Both the position numbers and the translations under genes were made by a program. A stretch of DNA of 64,000 nucleotides from Blastocystis sp. Blastoise (taxonomy: Eukaryota > Protista > Bigyra: Opalinata), in contig JBBPEB010000030.1 of assembly GCA_039096225.1 (NCBI GenBank), positions 1,057,102-1,121,101 of the forward strand. The letters run 5' to 3'. Positions within the stretch are counted from its first letter, which is position 1; each line of letters begins with the position of its first letter. Below, one piece after another: positions 29,050 through 44,200 of this stretch. Under the pieces are notes generated by a model. The model ran no database searches, was not told where the DNA came from, and saw nothing but the letters and a program-made list of their open reading frames with translations.

Positions 29050-29592
29050 AAAATTATAAAAAAATTTTTATATTATTTTTTATTATTAAATTTTTGTAAA
29101 CATATTATTTATATTATAAATAATAATAATAAAATAATAATAATAAAATAATATTTGATAAAATAAAATAATTTTAATTATATATATATATATATATATT
29201 AGTGGTTTAGGGTTAGGATTTAAAATGAATATAAAATAATTTAGGGTTTTAGGTTTAGGGTTAGGTTTAATATAAAATAATGGTTTTAGATTTAATATAA
29301 AAAATAATAGATTAGTGTTAAATTGAATATTAAAATAATAGATTAGGGTTAATATAAAATAATTTTTAGGTTAGGGTTAGATTTTTAATATAAAAATAAA
29401 TAAATAAATAAAATAAATAAAAAAATAAATAAAAAAATTTGAATAAATGAATAAAAAGAATAATAATAATAATAAATAGAATAATAATAATAAATAGAAT
29501 AATATTAGAATAGAATAATAGAATAGAATAATAATAATAAATAGAATAATAAATAGAATAGAATAATAATAGAATAATAATAAATATATCTT

Positions 29593-29711
29593 GAGAACGG
29601 CCATATCAAGTGGACAACGCCCTAACCCGTCTGATCTAGGAAGCTAAGCCACTTCGAGCTAGGATAGTAGCGGTGTGGGGGACTCGCCGTGAAGTCCTAG
29701 TGCTGTTCTTT
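29593..29711 (+). rRNA. 5S rRNA (copy 34)
   Basis: Matches copy 1. Confidence 0.97.
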
Positions 29712-29804
29712 TTTTTTTATTTTTATTTATTTGTATTTATTTTTTTATTTATTATTCTTTTTATTATTAATATTTTTAATTATTTATATATAACATTTTA
29801 TTTA

Positions 29805-29841
<37 letters not shown>

Positions 29842-30384
29842 AAAATTATAAAAAAATTTTTATATTATTTTTTATTATTAAATTTTTGTAAACATATTAT
29901 TTATATTATAAATAATAATAATAAAATAATAATAATAAAATAATATTTGATAAAATAAAATAATTTTAATTATATATATATATATATATATTAGTGGTTT
30001 AGGGTTAGGATTTAAAATGAATATAAAATAATTTAGGGTTTTAGGTTTAGGGTTAGGTTTAATATAAAATAATGGTTTTAGATTTAATATAAAAAATAAT
30101 AGATTAGTGTTAAATTGAATATTAAAATAATAGATTAGGGTTAATATAAAATAATTTTTAGGTTAGGGTTAGATTTTTAATATAAAAATAAATAAATAAA
30201 TAAAATAAATAAAAAAATAAATAAAAAAATTTGAATAAATGAATAAAAAGAATAATAATAATAATAAATAGAATAATAATAATAAATAGAATAATATTAG
30301 AATAGAATAATAGAATAGAATAATAATAATAAATAGAATAATAAATAGAATAGAATAATAATAGAATAATAATAAATATATCTT

Positions 30385-30503
30385 GAGAACGGCCATATCA
30401 AGTGGACAACGCCCTAACCCGTCTGATCTAGGAAGCTAAGCCACTTCGAGCTAGGATAGTAGCGGTGTGGGGGACTCGCCGTGAAGTCCTAGTGCTGTTC
30501 TTT
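30385..30503 (+). rRNA. 5S rRNA (copy 35)
   Basis: Matches copy 1. Confidence 0.97.
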
Positions 30504-30596
30504 TTTTTTTATTTTTATTTATTTGTATTTATTTTTTTATTTATTATTCTTTTTATTATTAATATTTTTAATTATTTATATATAACATTTTATTTA

Positions 30597-30627
<31 letters not shown>

Positions 30628-31170
30628 AAAATTATAAAAAAATTTTTATATTATTTTTTATTATTAAATTTTTGTAAACATATTATTTATATTATAAATA
30701 ATAATAATAAAATAATAATAATAAAATAATATTTGATAAAATAAAATAATTTTAATTATATATATATATATATATATTAGTGGTTTAGGGTTAGGATTTA
30801 AAATGAATATAAAATAATTTAGGGTTTTAGGTTTAGGGTTAGGTTTAATATAAAATAATGGTTTTAGATTTAATATAAAAAATAATAGATTAGTGTTAAA
30901 TTGAATATTAAAATAATAGATTAGGGTTAATATAAAATAATTTTTAGGTTAGGGTTAGATTTTTAATATAAAAATAAATAAATAAATAAAATAAATAAAA
31001 AAATAAATAAAAAAATTTGAATAAATGAATAAAAAGAATAATAATAATAATAAATAGAATAATAATAATAAATAGAATAATATTAGAATAGAATAATAGA
31101 ATAGAATAATAATAATAAATAGAATAATAAATAGAATAGAATAATAATAGAATAATAATAAATATATCTT

Positions 31171-31289
31171 GAGAACGGCCATATCAAGTGGACAACGCCC
31201 TAACCCGTCTGATCTAGGAAGCTAAGCCACTTCGAGCTAGGATAGTAGCGGTGTGGGGGACTCGCCGTGAAGTCCTAGTGCTGTTCTTT
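31171..31289 (+). rRNA. 5S rRNA (copy 36)
   Basis: Matches copy 1. Confidence 0.97.
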
Positions 31290-31387
31290 TTTTTTTTTTT
31301 TATTTTTATTTATTTGTATTTATTTTTTTATTTATTATTCTTTTTATTATTAATATTTTTAATTATTTATATATAACATTTTATTTA

Positions 31388-31418
<31 letters not shown>

Positions 31419-31961
31419 AAAATTATAAAAAAATTTTTATATTATTTTTTATTATTAAATTTTTGTAAACATATTATTTATATTATAAATAATAATAATA
31501 AAATAATAATAATAAAATAATATTTGATAAAATAAAATAATTTTAATTATATATATATATATATATATTAGTGGTTTAGGGTTAGGATTTAAAATGAATA
31601 TAAAATAATTTAGGGTTTTAGGTTTAGGGTTAGGTTTAATATAAAATAATGGTTTTAGATTTAATATAAAAAATAATAGATTAGTGTTAAATTGAATATT
31701 AAAATAATAGATTAGGGTTAATATAAAATAATTTTTAGGTTAGGGTTAGATTTTTAATATAAAAATAAATAAATAAATAAAATAAATAAAAAAATAAATA
31801 AAAAAATTTGAATAAATGAATAAAAAGAATAATAATAATAATAAATAGAATAATAATAATAAATAGAATAATATTAGAATAGAATAATAGAATAGAATAA
31901 TAATAATAAATAGAATAATAAATAGAATAGAATAATAATAGAATAATAATAAATATATCTT

Positions 31962-32080
31962 GAGAACGGCCATATCAAGTGGACAACGCCCTAACCCGTC
32001 TGATCTAGGAAGCTAAGCCACTTCGAGCTAGGATAGTAGCGGTGTGGGGGACTCGCCGTGAAGTCCTAGTGCTGTTCTTT
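31962..32080 (+). rRNA. 5S rRNA (copy 37)
   Basis: Matches copy 1. Confidence 0.97.
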
Positions 32081-32173
32081 TTTTTTTATTTTTATTTATT
32101 TGTATTTATTTTTTTATTTATTATTCTTTTTATTATTAATATTTTTAATTATTTATATATAACATTTTATTTA

Positions 32174-32207
<34 letters not shown>

Positions 32208-32752
32208 AAAATTATAAAAAAATTTTTATATTATTTTTTATTATTAAATTTTTGTAAACATATTATTTATATTATAAATAATAATAATAAAATAATAATA
32301 ATAAAATAATATTTGATAAAATAAAATAATTTTAATTATATATATATATATATATATTAGTGGTTTAGGGTTAGGATTTAAAATGAATATAAAATAATTT
32401 AGGGTTTTAGGTTTAGGGTTAGGTTTAATATAAAATAATGGTTTTAGATTTAATATAAAAAATAATAGATTAGTGTTAAATTGAATATTAAAATAATAGA
32501 TTAGGGTTAATATAAAATAATTTTTAGGTTAGGGTTAGATTTTTAATATAAAAATAAATAAATAAATAAAATAAATAAAAAAATAAATAAAAAAATTTGA
32601 ATAAATGAATAAAAAGAATAATAATAATAATAAATAGAATAATAATAATAAATAGAATAATATTAGAATAGAATAATAGAATAGAATAATAAAATAATAA
32701 ATAGAATAATAAATAGAATAGAATAATAATAGAATAATAATAAATATATCTT

Positions 32753-32871
32753 GAGAACGGCCATATCAAGTGGACAACGCCCTAACCCGTCTGATCTAGG
32801 AAGCTAAGCCACTTCGAGCTAGGATAGTAGCGGTGTGGGGGACTCGCCGTGAAGTCCTAGTGCTGTTCTTT
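32753..32871 (+). rRNA. 5S rRNA (copy 38)
   Basis: Matches copy 1. Confidence 0.97.
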
Positions 32872-32967
32872 TTTTTTTTTTATTTTTATTTATTTGTATT
32901 TATTTTTTTATTTATTATTCTTTTTATTATTAATATTTTTAATTATTTATATATAACATTTTATTTA

Positions 32968-32998
<31 letters not shown>

Positions 32999-33547
32999 AA
33001 AATTATAAAAAAATTTTTATATTATTTTTTATTATTAAATTTTTGTAAACATATTATTTATATTATAAATAATAATAATAAAATAATAATAATAAAATAA
33101 TATTTGATAAAATAAAATAATTTTAATTATATATATATATATATATATTAGTGGTTTAGGGTTAGGATTTAAAATGAATATAAAATAATTTAGGGTTTTA
33201 GGTTTAGGGTTAGGTTTAATATAAAATAATGGTTTTAGATTTAATATAAAAAATAATAGATTAGTGTTAAATTGAATATTAAAATAATAGATTAGGGTTA
33301 ATATAAAATAATTTTTAGGTTAGGGTTAGATTTTTAATATAAAAATAAATAAATAAATAAAAAAATAAATAAAAAAATTTGAATAAATGAAAAAAAGAAT
33401 AAATAATAAAAAGAATAATAATAATAATAAATAGAATAATAATAATAAATAGAATAATATTAGAATAGAATAATAGAATAGAATAATAATAATAAATAGA
33501 ATAATAAATAGAATAGAATAATAATAGAATAATAATAAATATATCTT

Positions 33548-33666
33548 GAGAACGGCCATATCAAGTGGACAACGCCCTAACCCGTCTGATCTAGGAAGCT
33601 AAGCCACTTCGAGCTAGGATAGTAGCGGTGTGGGGGACTCGCCGTGAAGTCCTAGTGCTGTTCTTT
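33548..33666 (+). rRNA. 5S rRNA (copy 39)
   Basis: Matches copy 1. Confidence 0.97.
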
Positions 33667-33759
33667 TTTTTTTATTTTTATTTATTTGTATTTATTTTTT
33701 TATTTATTATTCTTTTTATTATTAATATTTTTAATTATTTATATATAACATTTTATTTA

Positions 33760-33790
<31 letters not shown>

Positions 33791-34337
33791 AAAATTATAA
33801 AAAAATTTTTATATTATTTTTTATTATTAAATTTTTGTAAACATATTATTTATATTATAAATAATAATAATAAAATAATAATAATAAAATAATATTTGAT
33901 AAAATAAAATAATTTTAATTATATATATATATATATATATTAGTGGTTTAGGGTTAGGATTTAAAATGAATATAAAATAATTTAGGGTTTTAGGTTTAGG
34001 GTTAGGTTTAATATAAAATAATGGTTTTAGATTTAATATAAAAAATAATAGATTAGTGTTAAATTGAATATTAAAATAATAGATTAGGGTTAATATAAAA
34101 TAATTTTTAGGTTAGGGTTAGATTTTTAATATAAAAATAAATAAATAAATAAAATAAATAAAAAAATAAATAAAAAAATTTGAATAAATGAATAAAAAGA
34201 ATAATAATAATAATAAATAGAATAATAATAATAAATAGAATAATATTAGAATAGAATAATAGAATAGAATAATAAAAAATAATAAATAGAATAATAAATA
34301 GAATAGAATAATAATAGAATAATAATAAATATATCTT

Positions 34338-34456
34338 GAGAACGGCCATATCAAGTGGACAACGCCCTAACCCGTCTGATCTAGGAAGCTAAGCCACTTC
34401 GAGCTAGGATAGTAGCGGTGTGGGGGACTCGCCGTGAAGTCCTAGTGCTGTTCTTT
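34338..34456 (+). rRNA. 5S rRNA (copy 40)
   Basis: Matches copy 1. Confidence 0.97.
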
Positions 34457-34549
34457 TTTTTTTATTTTTATTTATTTGTATTTATTTTTTTATTTATTAT
34501 TCTTTTTATTATTAATATTTTTAATTATTTATATATAACATTTTATTTA

Positions 34550-34583
<34 letters not shown>

Positions 34584-35135
34584 AAAATTATAAAAAAATT
34601 TTTATATTATTTTTTATTATTAAATTTTTGTAAACATATTATTTATATTATAAATAATAATAATAAAATAATAATAATAAAATAATATTTGATAAAATAA
34701 AATAATTTTAATTATATATATATATATATATATTAGTGGTTTAGGGTTAGGATTTAAAATGAATATAAAATAATTTAGGGTTTTAGGTTTAGGGTTAGGT
34801 TTAATATAAAATAATGGTTTTAGATTTAATATAAAAAATAATAGATTAGTGTTAAATTGAATATTAAAATAATAGATTAGGGTTAATATAAAATAATTTT
34901 TAGGTTAGGGTTAGATTTTTAATATAAAAATAAATAAATAAATAAAATAAATAAAAAAATAAATAAAAAAATTTGAATAAATGAATAAAAAGAATAATAA
35001 TAATAATAAATAGAATAATAATAATAAATAGAATAATATTAGAATAGAAATAATAGAATAGAATAATAAAAAAATAATAAATAGAATGAATAATAATAGA
35101 ATAGAATAATAATAGAATAATAATAAATATATCTT

Positions 35136-35254
35136 GAGAACGGCCATATCAAGTGGACAACGCCCTAACCCGTCTGATCTAGGAAGCTAAGCCACTTCGA
35201 GCTAGGATAGTAGCGGTGTGGGGGACTCGCCGTGAAGTCCTAGTGCTGTTCTTT
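35136..35254 (+). rRNA. 5S rRNA (copy 41)
   Basis: Matches copy 1. Confidence 0.97.
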
Positions 35255-35352
35255 TTTTTTTTTTATTTTTATTTATTTGTATTTATTTTTTTATTTATTA
35301 TTCTTTTTATTATTAATATTTTTAATTATTTATATATAACATTTTATTTATA

Positions 35353-35383
<31 letters not shown>

Positions 35384-35933
35384 AAAATTATAAAAAAATT
35401 TTTATATTATTTTTTATTATTAAATTTTTGTAAACATATTATTTATATTATAAATAATAATAATAAAATAATAATAATAAAATAATATTTGATAAAATAA
35501 AATAATTTTAATATATATATATATATATATATATTAGTGGTTTAGGGTTAGGATTTAAAATGAATATAAAATAATTTAGGGTTTTAGGTTTAGGGTTAGG
35601 TTTAATATAAAATAATGGTTTTAGATTTAATATAAAAAATAATAGATTAGTGTTAAATTGAATATTAAAATAATAGATTAGGGTTAATATAAAATAATTT
35701 TTAGGTTAGGGTTAGATTTTTAATATAAAAATAAATAAATAAATAAAATAAATAAAAAAATAAATAAAAAAATTTGAATAAATGAATAAAAAGAATAATA
35801 ATAATAATAAATAGAATAATAATAATAAATAGAATAATATTAGAATAGAAATAATAGAATAGAATAATTAAAAAATAATAAATAGAATAATAAATAGAAT
35901 AGAATAATAATAGAATAATAATAAATATATCTT

Positions 35934-36052
35934 GAGAACGGCCATATCAAGTGGACAACGCCCTAACCCGTCTGATCTAGGAAGCTAAGCCACTTCGAGC
36001 TAGGATAGTAGCGGTGTGGGGGACTCGCCGTGAAGTCCTAGTGCTGTTCTTT
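35934..36052 (+). rRNA. 5S rRNA (copy 42)
   Basis: Matches copy 1. Confidence 0.97.
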
Positions 36053-36145
36053 TTTTTTTATTTTTATTTATTTGTATTTATTTTTTTATTTATTATTCTT
36101 TTTATTATTGATATTTTTAATTATTTATATATAACATTTTATTTA

Positions 36146-36176
<31 letters not shown>

Positions 36177-36731
36177 AAAATTATAAAAAAATTTTTATAT
36201 TATTTTTTATTATTAAATTTTTGTAAACATATTATTTATATTATAAATAATAATAATAAAATAATAATAATAAAATAATATTTGATAAAATAAAATAATT
36301 TTAATTATATATATATATATATATATTAGTGGTTTAGGGTTAGGATTTAAAATGAATATAAAATAATTTAGGGTTTTAGGTTTAGGGTTAGGTTTAATAT
36401 AAAATAATGGTTTTAGATTTAATATAAAAAATAATAGATTAGTGTTAAATTGAATATTAAAATAATAGATTAGGGTTAATATAAAATAATTTTTAGGTTA
36501 GGGTTAGATTTTTAATATAAAAATAAATAAATAAATAAAATAAATAAAAAAATAAATAAAAAAATTTGAATAAATGAATAAAAAGAATAATAATAATAAT
36601 AAATAGAATAATAATAATAAATAGAATAATATTAGAATAGATAATAATAGAATAGAATAATAAGAATAGAATAATAAATAGAATAATAATAATAGAATAG
36701 AATAATAATAGAATAATAATAAATATATCTT

Positions 36732-36850
36732 GAGAACGGCCATATCAAGTGGACAACGCCCTAACCCGTCTGATCTAGGAAGCTAAGCCACTTCGAGCTA
36801 GGATAGTAGCGGTGTGGGGGACTCGCCGTGAAGTCCTAGTGCTGTTCTTT
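36732..36850 (+). rRNA. 5S rRNA (copy 43)
   Basis: Matches copy 1. Confidence 0.97.
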
Positions 36851-36946
36851 TTTTTTTTTTATTTTTCTTTATTTGTATTTATTTTTTTATTTATTATTCT
36901 TTTTATTATTAATATTTTTAATTATTTATATATAACATTTTATTTA

Positions 36947-36977
<31 letters not shown>

Positions 36978-37533
36978 AAAATTATAAAAAAATTTTTATA
37001 TTATTTTTTATTATTAAATTTTTGTAAACATATTATTTATATTATAAATAATAATAATAAAATAATAATAATAAAATAATATTTGATAAAATAAAATAAT
37101 TTTAATTATATATATATATATATATATATTAGTGGTTTAGGGTTAGGATTTAAAATGAATATAAAATAATTTAGGGTTTTAGGTTTAGGGTTAGGTTTAA
37201 TATAAAATAATGGTTTTAGATTTAATATAAAAAATAATAGATTAGTGTTAAATTGAATATTAAAATAATAGATTAGGGTTAATATAAAATAATTTTTAGG
37301 TTAGGGTTAGATTTTTAATATAAAAATAAATAAATAAATAAAATAAATAAAAAAATAAATAAAAAAATTTGAATAAATGAATAAAAAGAATAATAATAAT
37401 AATAAATAGAATAATAATAATAAATAGAATAATATTAGAATAGATAATAATAGAATAGAATAATAAGAATAGAATAATAAATAGAATAATAAAATAGAAT
37501 AGAATAATAATAGAATAATAATAAATATATCTT

Positions 37534-37652
37534 GAGAACGGCCATATCAAGTGGACAACGCCCTAACCCGTCTGATCTAGGAAGCTAAGCCACTTCGAGC
37601 TAGGATAGTAGCGGTGTGGGGGACTCGCCGTGAAGTCCTAGTGCTGTTCTTT
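37534..37652 (+). rRNA. 5S rRNA (copy 44)
   Basis: Matches copy 1. Confidence 0.97.
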
Positions 37653-37747
37653 TTTTTTTTTATTTTTCTTTATTTGTATTTATTTTTTTATTTATTATTC
37701 TTTTTATTATTAATATTTTTAATTATTTATATATAACATTTTATTTA

Positions 37748-37778
<31 letters not shown>

Positions 37779-38338
37779 AAAATTATAAAAAAATTTTTAT
37801 ATTATTTTTTATTATTAAATTTTTGTAAACATATTATTTATATTATAAATAATAATAATAAAATAATAATAATAAAATAATATTTGATAAAATAAAATAA
37901 TTTTAATTATATATATATATATATATATTAGTGGTTTAGGGTTAGGATTTAAAATGAATATAAAATAATTTAGGGTTTTAGGTTTAGGGTTAGGTTTAAT
38001 ATAAAATAATGGTTTTAGATTTAATATAAAAAATAATAGATTAGTGTTAAATTGAATATTAAAATAATAGATTAGGGTTAATATAAAATAATTTTTAGGT
38101 TAGGGTTAGATTTTTAATATAAAAATAAATAAATAAATAAAATAAATAAAAAAATAAATAAAAAAATTTGAATAAATGAATAAAAAGAATAATAATAATA
38201 ATAAATAGAATAATAATAATAAATAGAATAATATTAGAATAGAATAATAATAGAATAGAATAATAATAGAATAGAATAATAAATAGAATAGAATAATAAT
38301 AGAATAGAATAATAATAGAATAATAATAAATATATCTT

Positions 38339-38457
38339 GAGAACGGCCATATCAAGTGGACAACGCCCTAACCCGTCTGATCTAGGAAGCTAAGCCACTT
38401 CGAGCTAGGATAGTAGCGGTGTGGGGGACTCGCCGTGAAGTCCTAGTGCTGTTCTTT
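38339..38457 (+). rRNA. 5S rRNA (copy 45)
   Basis: Matches copy 1. Confidence 0.97.
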
Positions 38458-38553
38458 TTTTTTTTTTATTTTTCTTTATTTGTATTTATTTTTTTATTTA
38501 TTATTCTTTTTATTATTAATATTTTTAATTATTTATATATAACATTTTATTTA

Positions 38554-38584
<31 letters not shown>

Positions 38585-39152
38585 AAAATTATAAAAAAAT
38601 TTTTATATTATTTTTTATTATTAAATTTTTGTAAACATATTATTTATATTATAAATAATAATAATAAAATAATAATAATAAAATAATATTTGATAAAATA
38701 AAATAATTTTAATTATATATATATATATATATATTAGTGGTTTAGGGTTAGGATTTAAAATGAATATAAAATAATTTAGGGTTTTAGGTTTAGGGTTAGG
38801 TTTAATATAAAATAATGGTTTTAGATTTAATATAAAAAATAATAGATTAGTGTTAAATTGAATATTAAAATAATAGATTAGGGTTAATATAAAATAATTT
38901 TTAGGTTAGGGTTAGATTTTTAATATAAAAATAAATAAATAAATAAAATAAATAAAAAAATAAATAAAAAAATTTGAATAAATGAATAAAAAGAATAATA
39001 ATAATAATAGAATAGAATAATAATAATAAATAGAATAATATTAGAATAGAATAATAATAGAATAGAATAATAATAGAATAGAATAAAAATAAAATAATAA
39101 ATAGAATAATAAATAGAATAGAATAATAATAGAATAATAATAAATATATCTT

Positions 39153-39271
39153 GAGAACGGCCATATCAAGTGGACAACGCCCTAACCCGTCTGATCTAGG
39201 AAGCTAAGCCACTTCGAGCTAGGATAGTAGCGGTGTGGGGGACTCGCCGTGAAGTCCTAGTGCTGTTCTTT
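39153..39271 (+). rRNA. 5S rRNA (copy 46)
   Basis: Matches copy 1. Confidence 0.97.
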
Positions 39272-39367
39272 TTTTTTTTTTATTTTTCTTTATTTGTATT
39301 TATTTTTTTATTTATTATTCTTTTTATTATTAATATTTTTAATTATTTATATATAACATTTTATTTA

Positions 39368-39398
<31 letters not shown>

Positions 39399-39980
39399 AA
39401 AATTATAAAAAAATTTTTATATTATTTTTTATTATTAAATTTTTGTAAACATATTATTTATATTATAAATAATAATAATAAAATAATAATAATAAAATAA
39501 TATTTGATAAAATAAAATAATTTTAATTATATATATATATATATATATTAGTGGTTTAGGGTTAGGATTTAAAATGAATATAAAATAATTTAGGGTTTTA
39601 GGTTTAGGGTTAGGTTTAATATAAAATAATGGTTTTAGATTTAATATAAAAAATAATAGATTAGTGTTAAATTGAATATTAAAATAATAGATTAGGGTTA
39701 ATATAAAATAATTTTTAGGTTAGGGTTAGATTTTTAATATAAAAATAAATAAATAAATAAAATAAATAAAAAAATAAATAAAAAAATTTGAATAAATGAA
39801 TAAAAAGAATAATAATAATAATAAATAGAATAATAATAATAAATAGAATAATATTAGAATAGAATAATAATAGAATAGAATAATAATAAATAAAAAAAAA
39901 AAAAAATAAAAAAAAAAATAATAAATAGAATAGAATAATAATAGAATAGAATAATAATAGAATAATAATAAATATATCTT

Positions 39981-40099
39981 GAGAACGGCAAAATCAAGTG
40001 GAAAACGCCCTAACCCGTCTGATCTAGGAAGCTAAGCCACTTCGAGCTAGGATAGTAGCGGTGTGGGGGACTCGCCGTGAAGTCCTAGTGCTGTTCTTT
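39981..40099 (+). rRNA. 5S rRNA (copy 47, variant C10A/T12A/C23A)
   Basis: Three changes to A, next to an abnormal poly-A spacer; possibly a low-quality consensus. Confidence 0.88.
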
Positions 40100-40192
40100 T
40101 TTTTTTATTTTTATTTATTTGTATTTATTTTTTTATTTATTATTCTTTTTATTATTAATATTTTTAATTATTTATATATAACATTTTATTTA

Positions 40193-40223
<31 letters not shown>

Positions 40224-40768
40224 AAAATTATAAAAAAATTTTTATATTATTTTTTATTATTAAATTTTTGTAAACATATTATTTATATTATAAATAATAA
40301 TAATAAAATAATAATAATAAAATAATATTTGATAAAATAAAATAATTTTAATTATATATATATATATTAGTGGTTTAGGGTTAGGATTTAAAATGAATAT
40401 AAAATAATTTAGGGTTATGATTTAGGGTTAGGTTTAATATAAAATAATGGTTTTAGATTTAATATAAAAAATAATAGATTAGTGTTAAATTGAATATAAA
40501 AATAATAGATTAGGGTTAATATAAAATAATTTTTAGGTTAGGGTTAGATTTTTAATATAAAAATAAATAAATAAATAAAAAAATAAATAAAAAAATTTGA
40601 ATAAATGAATAAAAAGAATAATAATAATAATAGAATAGAATAATAATAATAAATAGAATAATATTAGAATAGAATAATAATAGAATAGAATAATAATAGA
40701 ATAGAATAATAAATAGAATAGAATAATAATAGAATAGAATAATAATAGAATAATAATAAATATATCTT

Positions 40769-40887
40769 GAGAACGGCCATATCAAGTGGACAACGCCCTA
40801 ACCCGTCTGATCTAGGAAGCTAAGCCACTTCGAGCTAGGATAGTAGCGGTGTGGGGGACTCGCCGTGAAGTCCTAGTGCTGTTCTTT
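40769..40887 (+). rRNA. 5S rRNA (copy 48)
   Basis: Matches copy 1. Confidence 0.97.
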
Positions 40888-40983
40888 TTTTTTTTTTATT
40901 TTTCTTTATTTGTATTTATTTTTTTATTTATTATTCTTTTTATTATTAATATTTTTAATTATTTATATATAACATTTTATTTA

Positions 40984-41014
<31 letters not shown>

Positions 41015-41571
41015 AAAATTATAAAAAAATTTTTATATTATTTTTTATTATTAAATTTTTGTAAACATATTATTTATATTATAAATAATAATAATAAAAT
41101 AATAATAATAAAATAATATTTGATAAAATAAAATAATTTTATATATATATATATATATATTAGTGGTTTAGGGTTAGGATTTAAAATGAATATAAAATAA
41201 TTTAGGGTTATGATTTAGGGTTAGGTTTAATATAAAATAATGGTTTTAGATTTAATATAAAAAATAATAGATTAGTGTTAAATTGAATATAAAAATAATA
41301 GATTAGGGTTAATATAAAATAATTTTTAGGTTAGGGTTAGATTTTTAATATAAAAATAAATAAATAAATAAAAAAATAAATAAAAAAAAATTTGAATAAA
41401 TGAATAAAAAGAATAATAGAATAGAATAATAATAATAAATAGAATAATATTAGAATAGAATAATAATAATAGAATAGAATAATAGAATAGAATAATAAAT
41501 AGAATAGAATAATAAATAGAATAGAATAATAATAGAATAGAATAATAATAGAATAATAATAAATATATCTT

Positions 41572-41690
41572 GAGAACGGCCATATCAAGTGGACAACGCC
41601 CTAACCCGTCTGATCTAGGAAGCTAAGCCACTTCGAGCTAGGATAGTAGCGGTGTGGGGGACTCGCCGTGAAGTCCTAGTGCTGTTCTTT
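41572..41690 (+). rRNA. 5S rRNA (copy 49)
   Basis: Matches copy 1. Confidence 0.97.
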
Positions 41691-41786
41691 TTTTTTTTTT
41701 ATTTTTCTTTATTTGTATTTATTTTTTTATTTATTATTCTTTTTATTATTAATATTTTTAATTATTTATATATAACATTTTATTTA

Positions 41787-41817
<31 letters not shown>

Positions 41818-42367
41818 AAAATTATAAAAAAATTTTTATATTATTTTTTATTATTAAATTTTTGTAAACATATTATTTATATTATAAATAATAATAATAA
41901 AATAATAATAATAAAATAATATTTGATAAAATAAAATAATTTTATTATATATATATATATATATATTAGTGGTTTAGGGTTAGGATTTAAAATGAATATA
42001 AAATAATTTAGGGTTATGATTTAGGGTTAGGTTTAATATAAAATAATGGTTTTAGATTTAATATAAAAAATAATAGATTAGTGTTAAATTGAATATAAAA
42101 ATAATAGATTAGGGTTAATATAAAATAATTTTTAGGTTAGGGTTAGATTTTTAATATAAAAATAAATAAATAAATAAAAAAATAAATAAAAAAATTTGAA
42201 TAAATGAATAAAAAGAATAATAATAATAATAGAATAGAATAATAATAATAAATAGAATAATATTAGAATAGAATAATAATAGAATAGAATAATAATAGAA
42301 TAGAATAATAAATAGAATAGAATAATAATAGAATAGAATAATAATAGAATAATAATAAATATATCTT

Positions 42368-42486
42368 GAGAACGGCCATATCAAGTGGACAACGCCCTAA
42401 CCCGTCTGATCTAGGAAGCTAAGCCACTTCGAGCTAGGATAGTAGCGGTGTGGGGGACTCGTCGTGAAGTCCTAGTGCTGTTCTTT
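42368..42486 (+). rRNA. 5S rRNA (copy 50, variant C95T)
   Basis: One substitution, turning a G-C pair into G-U in the GCGGTG/CGCCGT helix. Confidence 0.95.
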
Positions 42487-42582
42487 TTTTTTTTTTATTT
42501 TTCTTTATTTGTATTTATTTTTTTATTTATTATTCTTTTTATTATTAATATTTTTAATTATTTATATATAACATTTTATTTA

Positions 42583-42613
<31 letters not shown>

Positions 42614-43160
42614 AAAATTATAAAAAAATTTTTATATTATTTTTTATTATTAAATTTTTGTAAACATATTATTTATATTATAAATAATAATAATAAAATA
42701 ATAATAATAAAATAATATTTGATAAAATAAAATAATTTTATATATATATATATATATATTAGTGGTTTAGGGTTAGGATTTAAAATGAATATAAAATAAT
42801 TTAGGGTTATGATTTAGGGTTAGGTTTAATATAAAATAATGGTTTTAGATTTAATATAAAAAATAATAGATTAGTGTTAAATTGAATATAAAAATAATAG
42901 ATTAGGGTTAATATAAAATAATTTTTAGGTTAGGGTTAGATTTTTAATATAAAAATAAATAAATAAATAAAAAAATAAATAAAAAAATTTGAATAAATGA
43001 ATAAAAAGAATAATAATAATAATAGAATAGAATAATAATAATAAATAGAATAATATTAGAATAGAATAATAATAGAATAGAATAATAATAGAATAGAATA
43101 ATAAATAGAATAGAATAATAATAGAATAGAATAATAATAGAATAATAATAAATATATCTT

Positions 43161-43279
43161 GAGAACGGCCATATCAAGTGGACAACGCCCTAACCCGTCT
43201 GATCTAGGAAGCTAAGCCACTTCGAGCTAGGATAGTAGCGGTGTGGGGGACTCGCCGTGAAGTCCTAGTGCTGTTTTTT
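43161..43279 (+). rRNA. 5S rRNA (copy 51)
   Basis: Matches copy 1 except the 3' C before oligo-T reads as T. Confidence 0.95.
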
Positions 43280-43376
43280 TTTTTTTTTTTATTTTTCTTT
43301 ATTTGTATTTATTTTTTTATTTATTATTCTTTTTATTATTAATATTTTTAATTATTTATATATAACATTTTATTTA

Positions 43377-43407
<31 letters not shown>

Positions 43408-43954
43408 AAAATTATAAAAAAATTTTTATATTATTTTTTATTATTAAATTTTTGTAAACATATTATTTATATTATAAATAATAATAATAAAATAATAATA
43501 ATAAAATAATATTTGATAAAATAAAATAATTTTATATATATATATATATATATTAGTGGTTTAGGGTTAGGATTTAAAATGAATATAAAATAATTTAGGG
43601 TTATGATTTAGGGTTAGGTTTAATATAAAATAATGGTTTTAGATTTAATATAAAAAATAATAGATTAGTGTTAAATTGAATATAAAAATAATAGATTAGG
43701 GTTAATATAAAATAATTTTTAGGTTAGGGTTAGATTTTTAATATAAAAATAAATAAATAAATAAAAAAATAAATAAAAAAATTTGAATAAATGAATAAAA
43801 AGAATAATAATAATAATAGAATAGAATAATAATAATAAATAGAATAATATTAGAATAGAATAATAATAGAATAGAATAATAATAGAATAGAATAATAAAT
43901 AGAATAGAATAATAATAGAATAGAATAATAATAGAATAATAATAAATATATCTT

Positions 43955-44073
43955 GAGAACGGCCATATCAAGTGGACAACGCCCTAACCCGTCTGATCTA
44001 GGAAGCTAAGCCACTTCGAGCTAGGATAGTAGCGGTGTGGGGGACTCGCCGTGAAGTCCTAGTGCTGTTCTTT
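43955..44073 (+). rRNA. 5S rRNA (copy 52, last)
   Basis: Matches copy 1. Confidence 0.97.
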
Positions 44074-44169
44074 TTTTTTTTTTATTTTTCTTTATTTGTA
44101 TTTATTTTTTTATTTATTATTCTTTTTATTATTAATATTTTTAATTATTTATATATAACATTTTATTTA

Positions 44170-44200
<31 letters not shown>

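Noticed and set aside
39885-40005. Divergent 5S subtype (copy 47)
   Set aside because: All changes are to A and adjoin an abnormal poly-A spacer, typical of a poor consensus; the same caution applies to the missing 3' C in copies 4, 11 and 51
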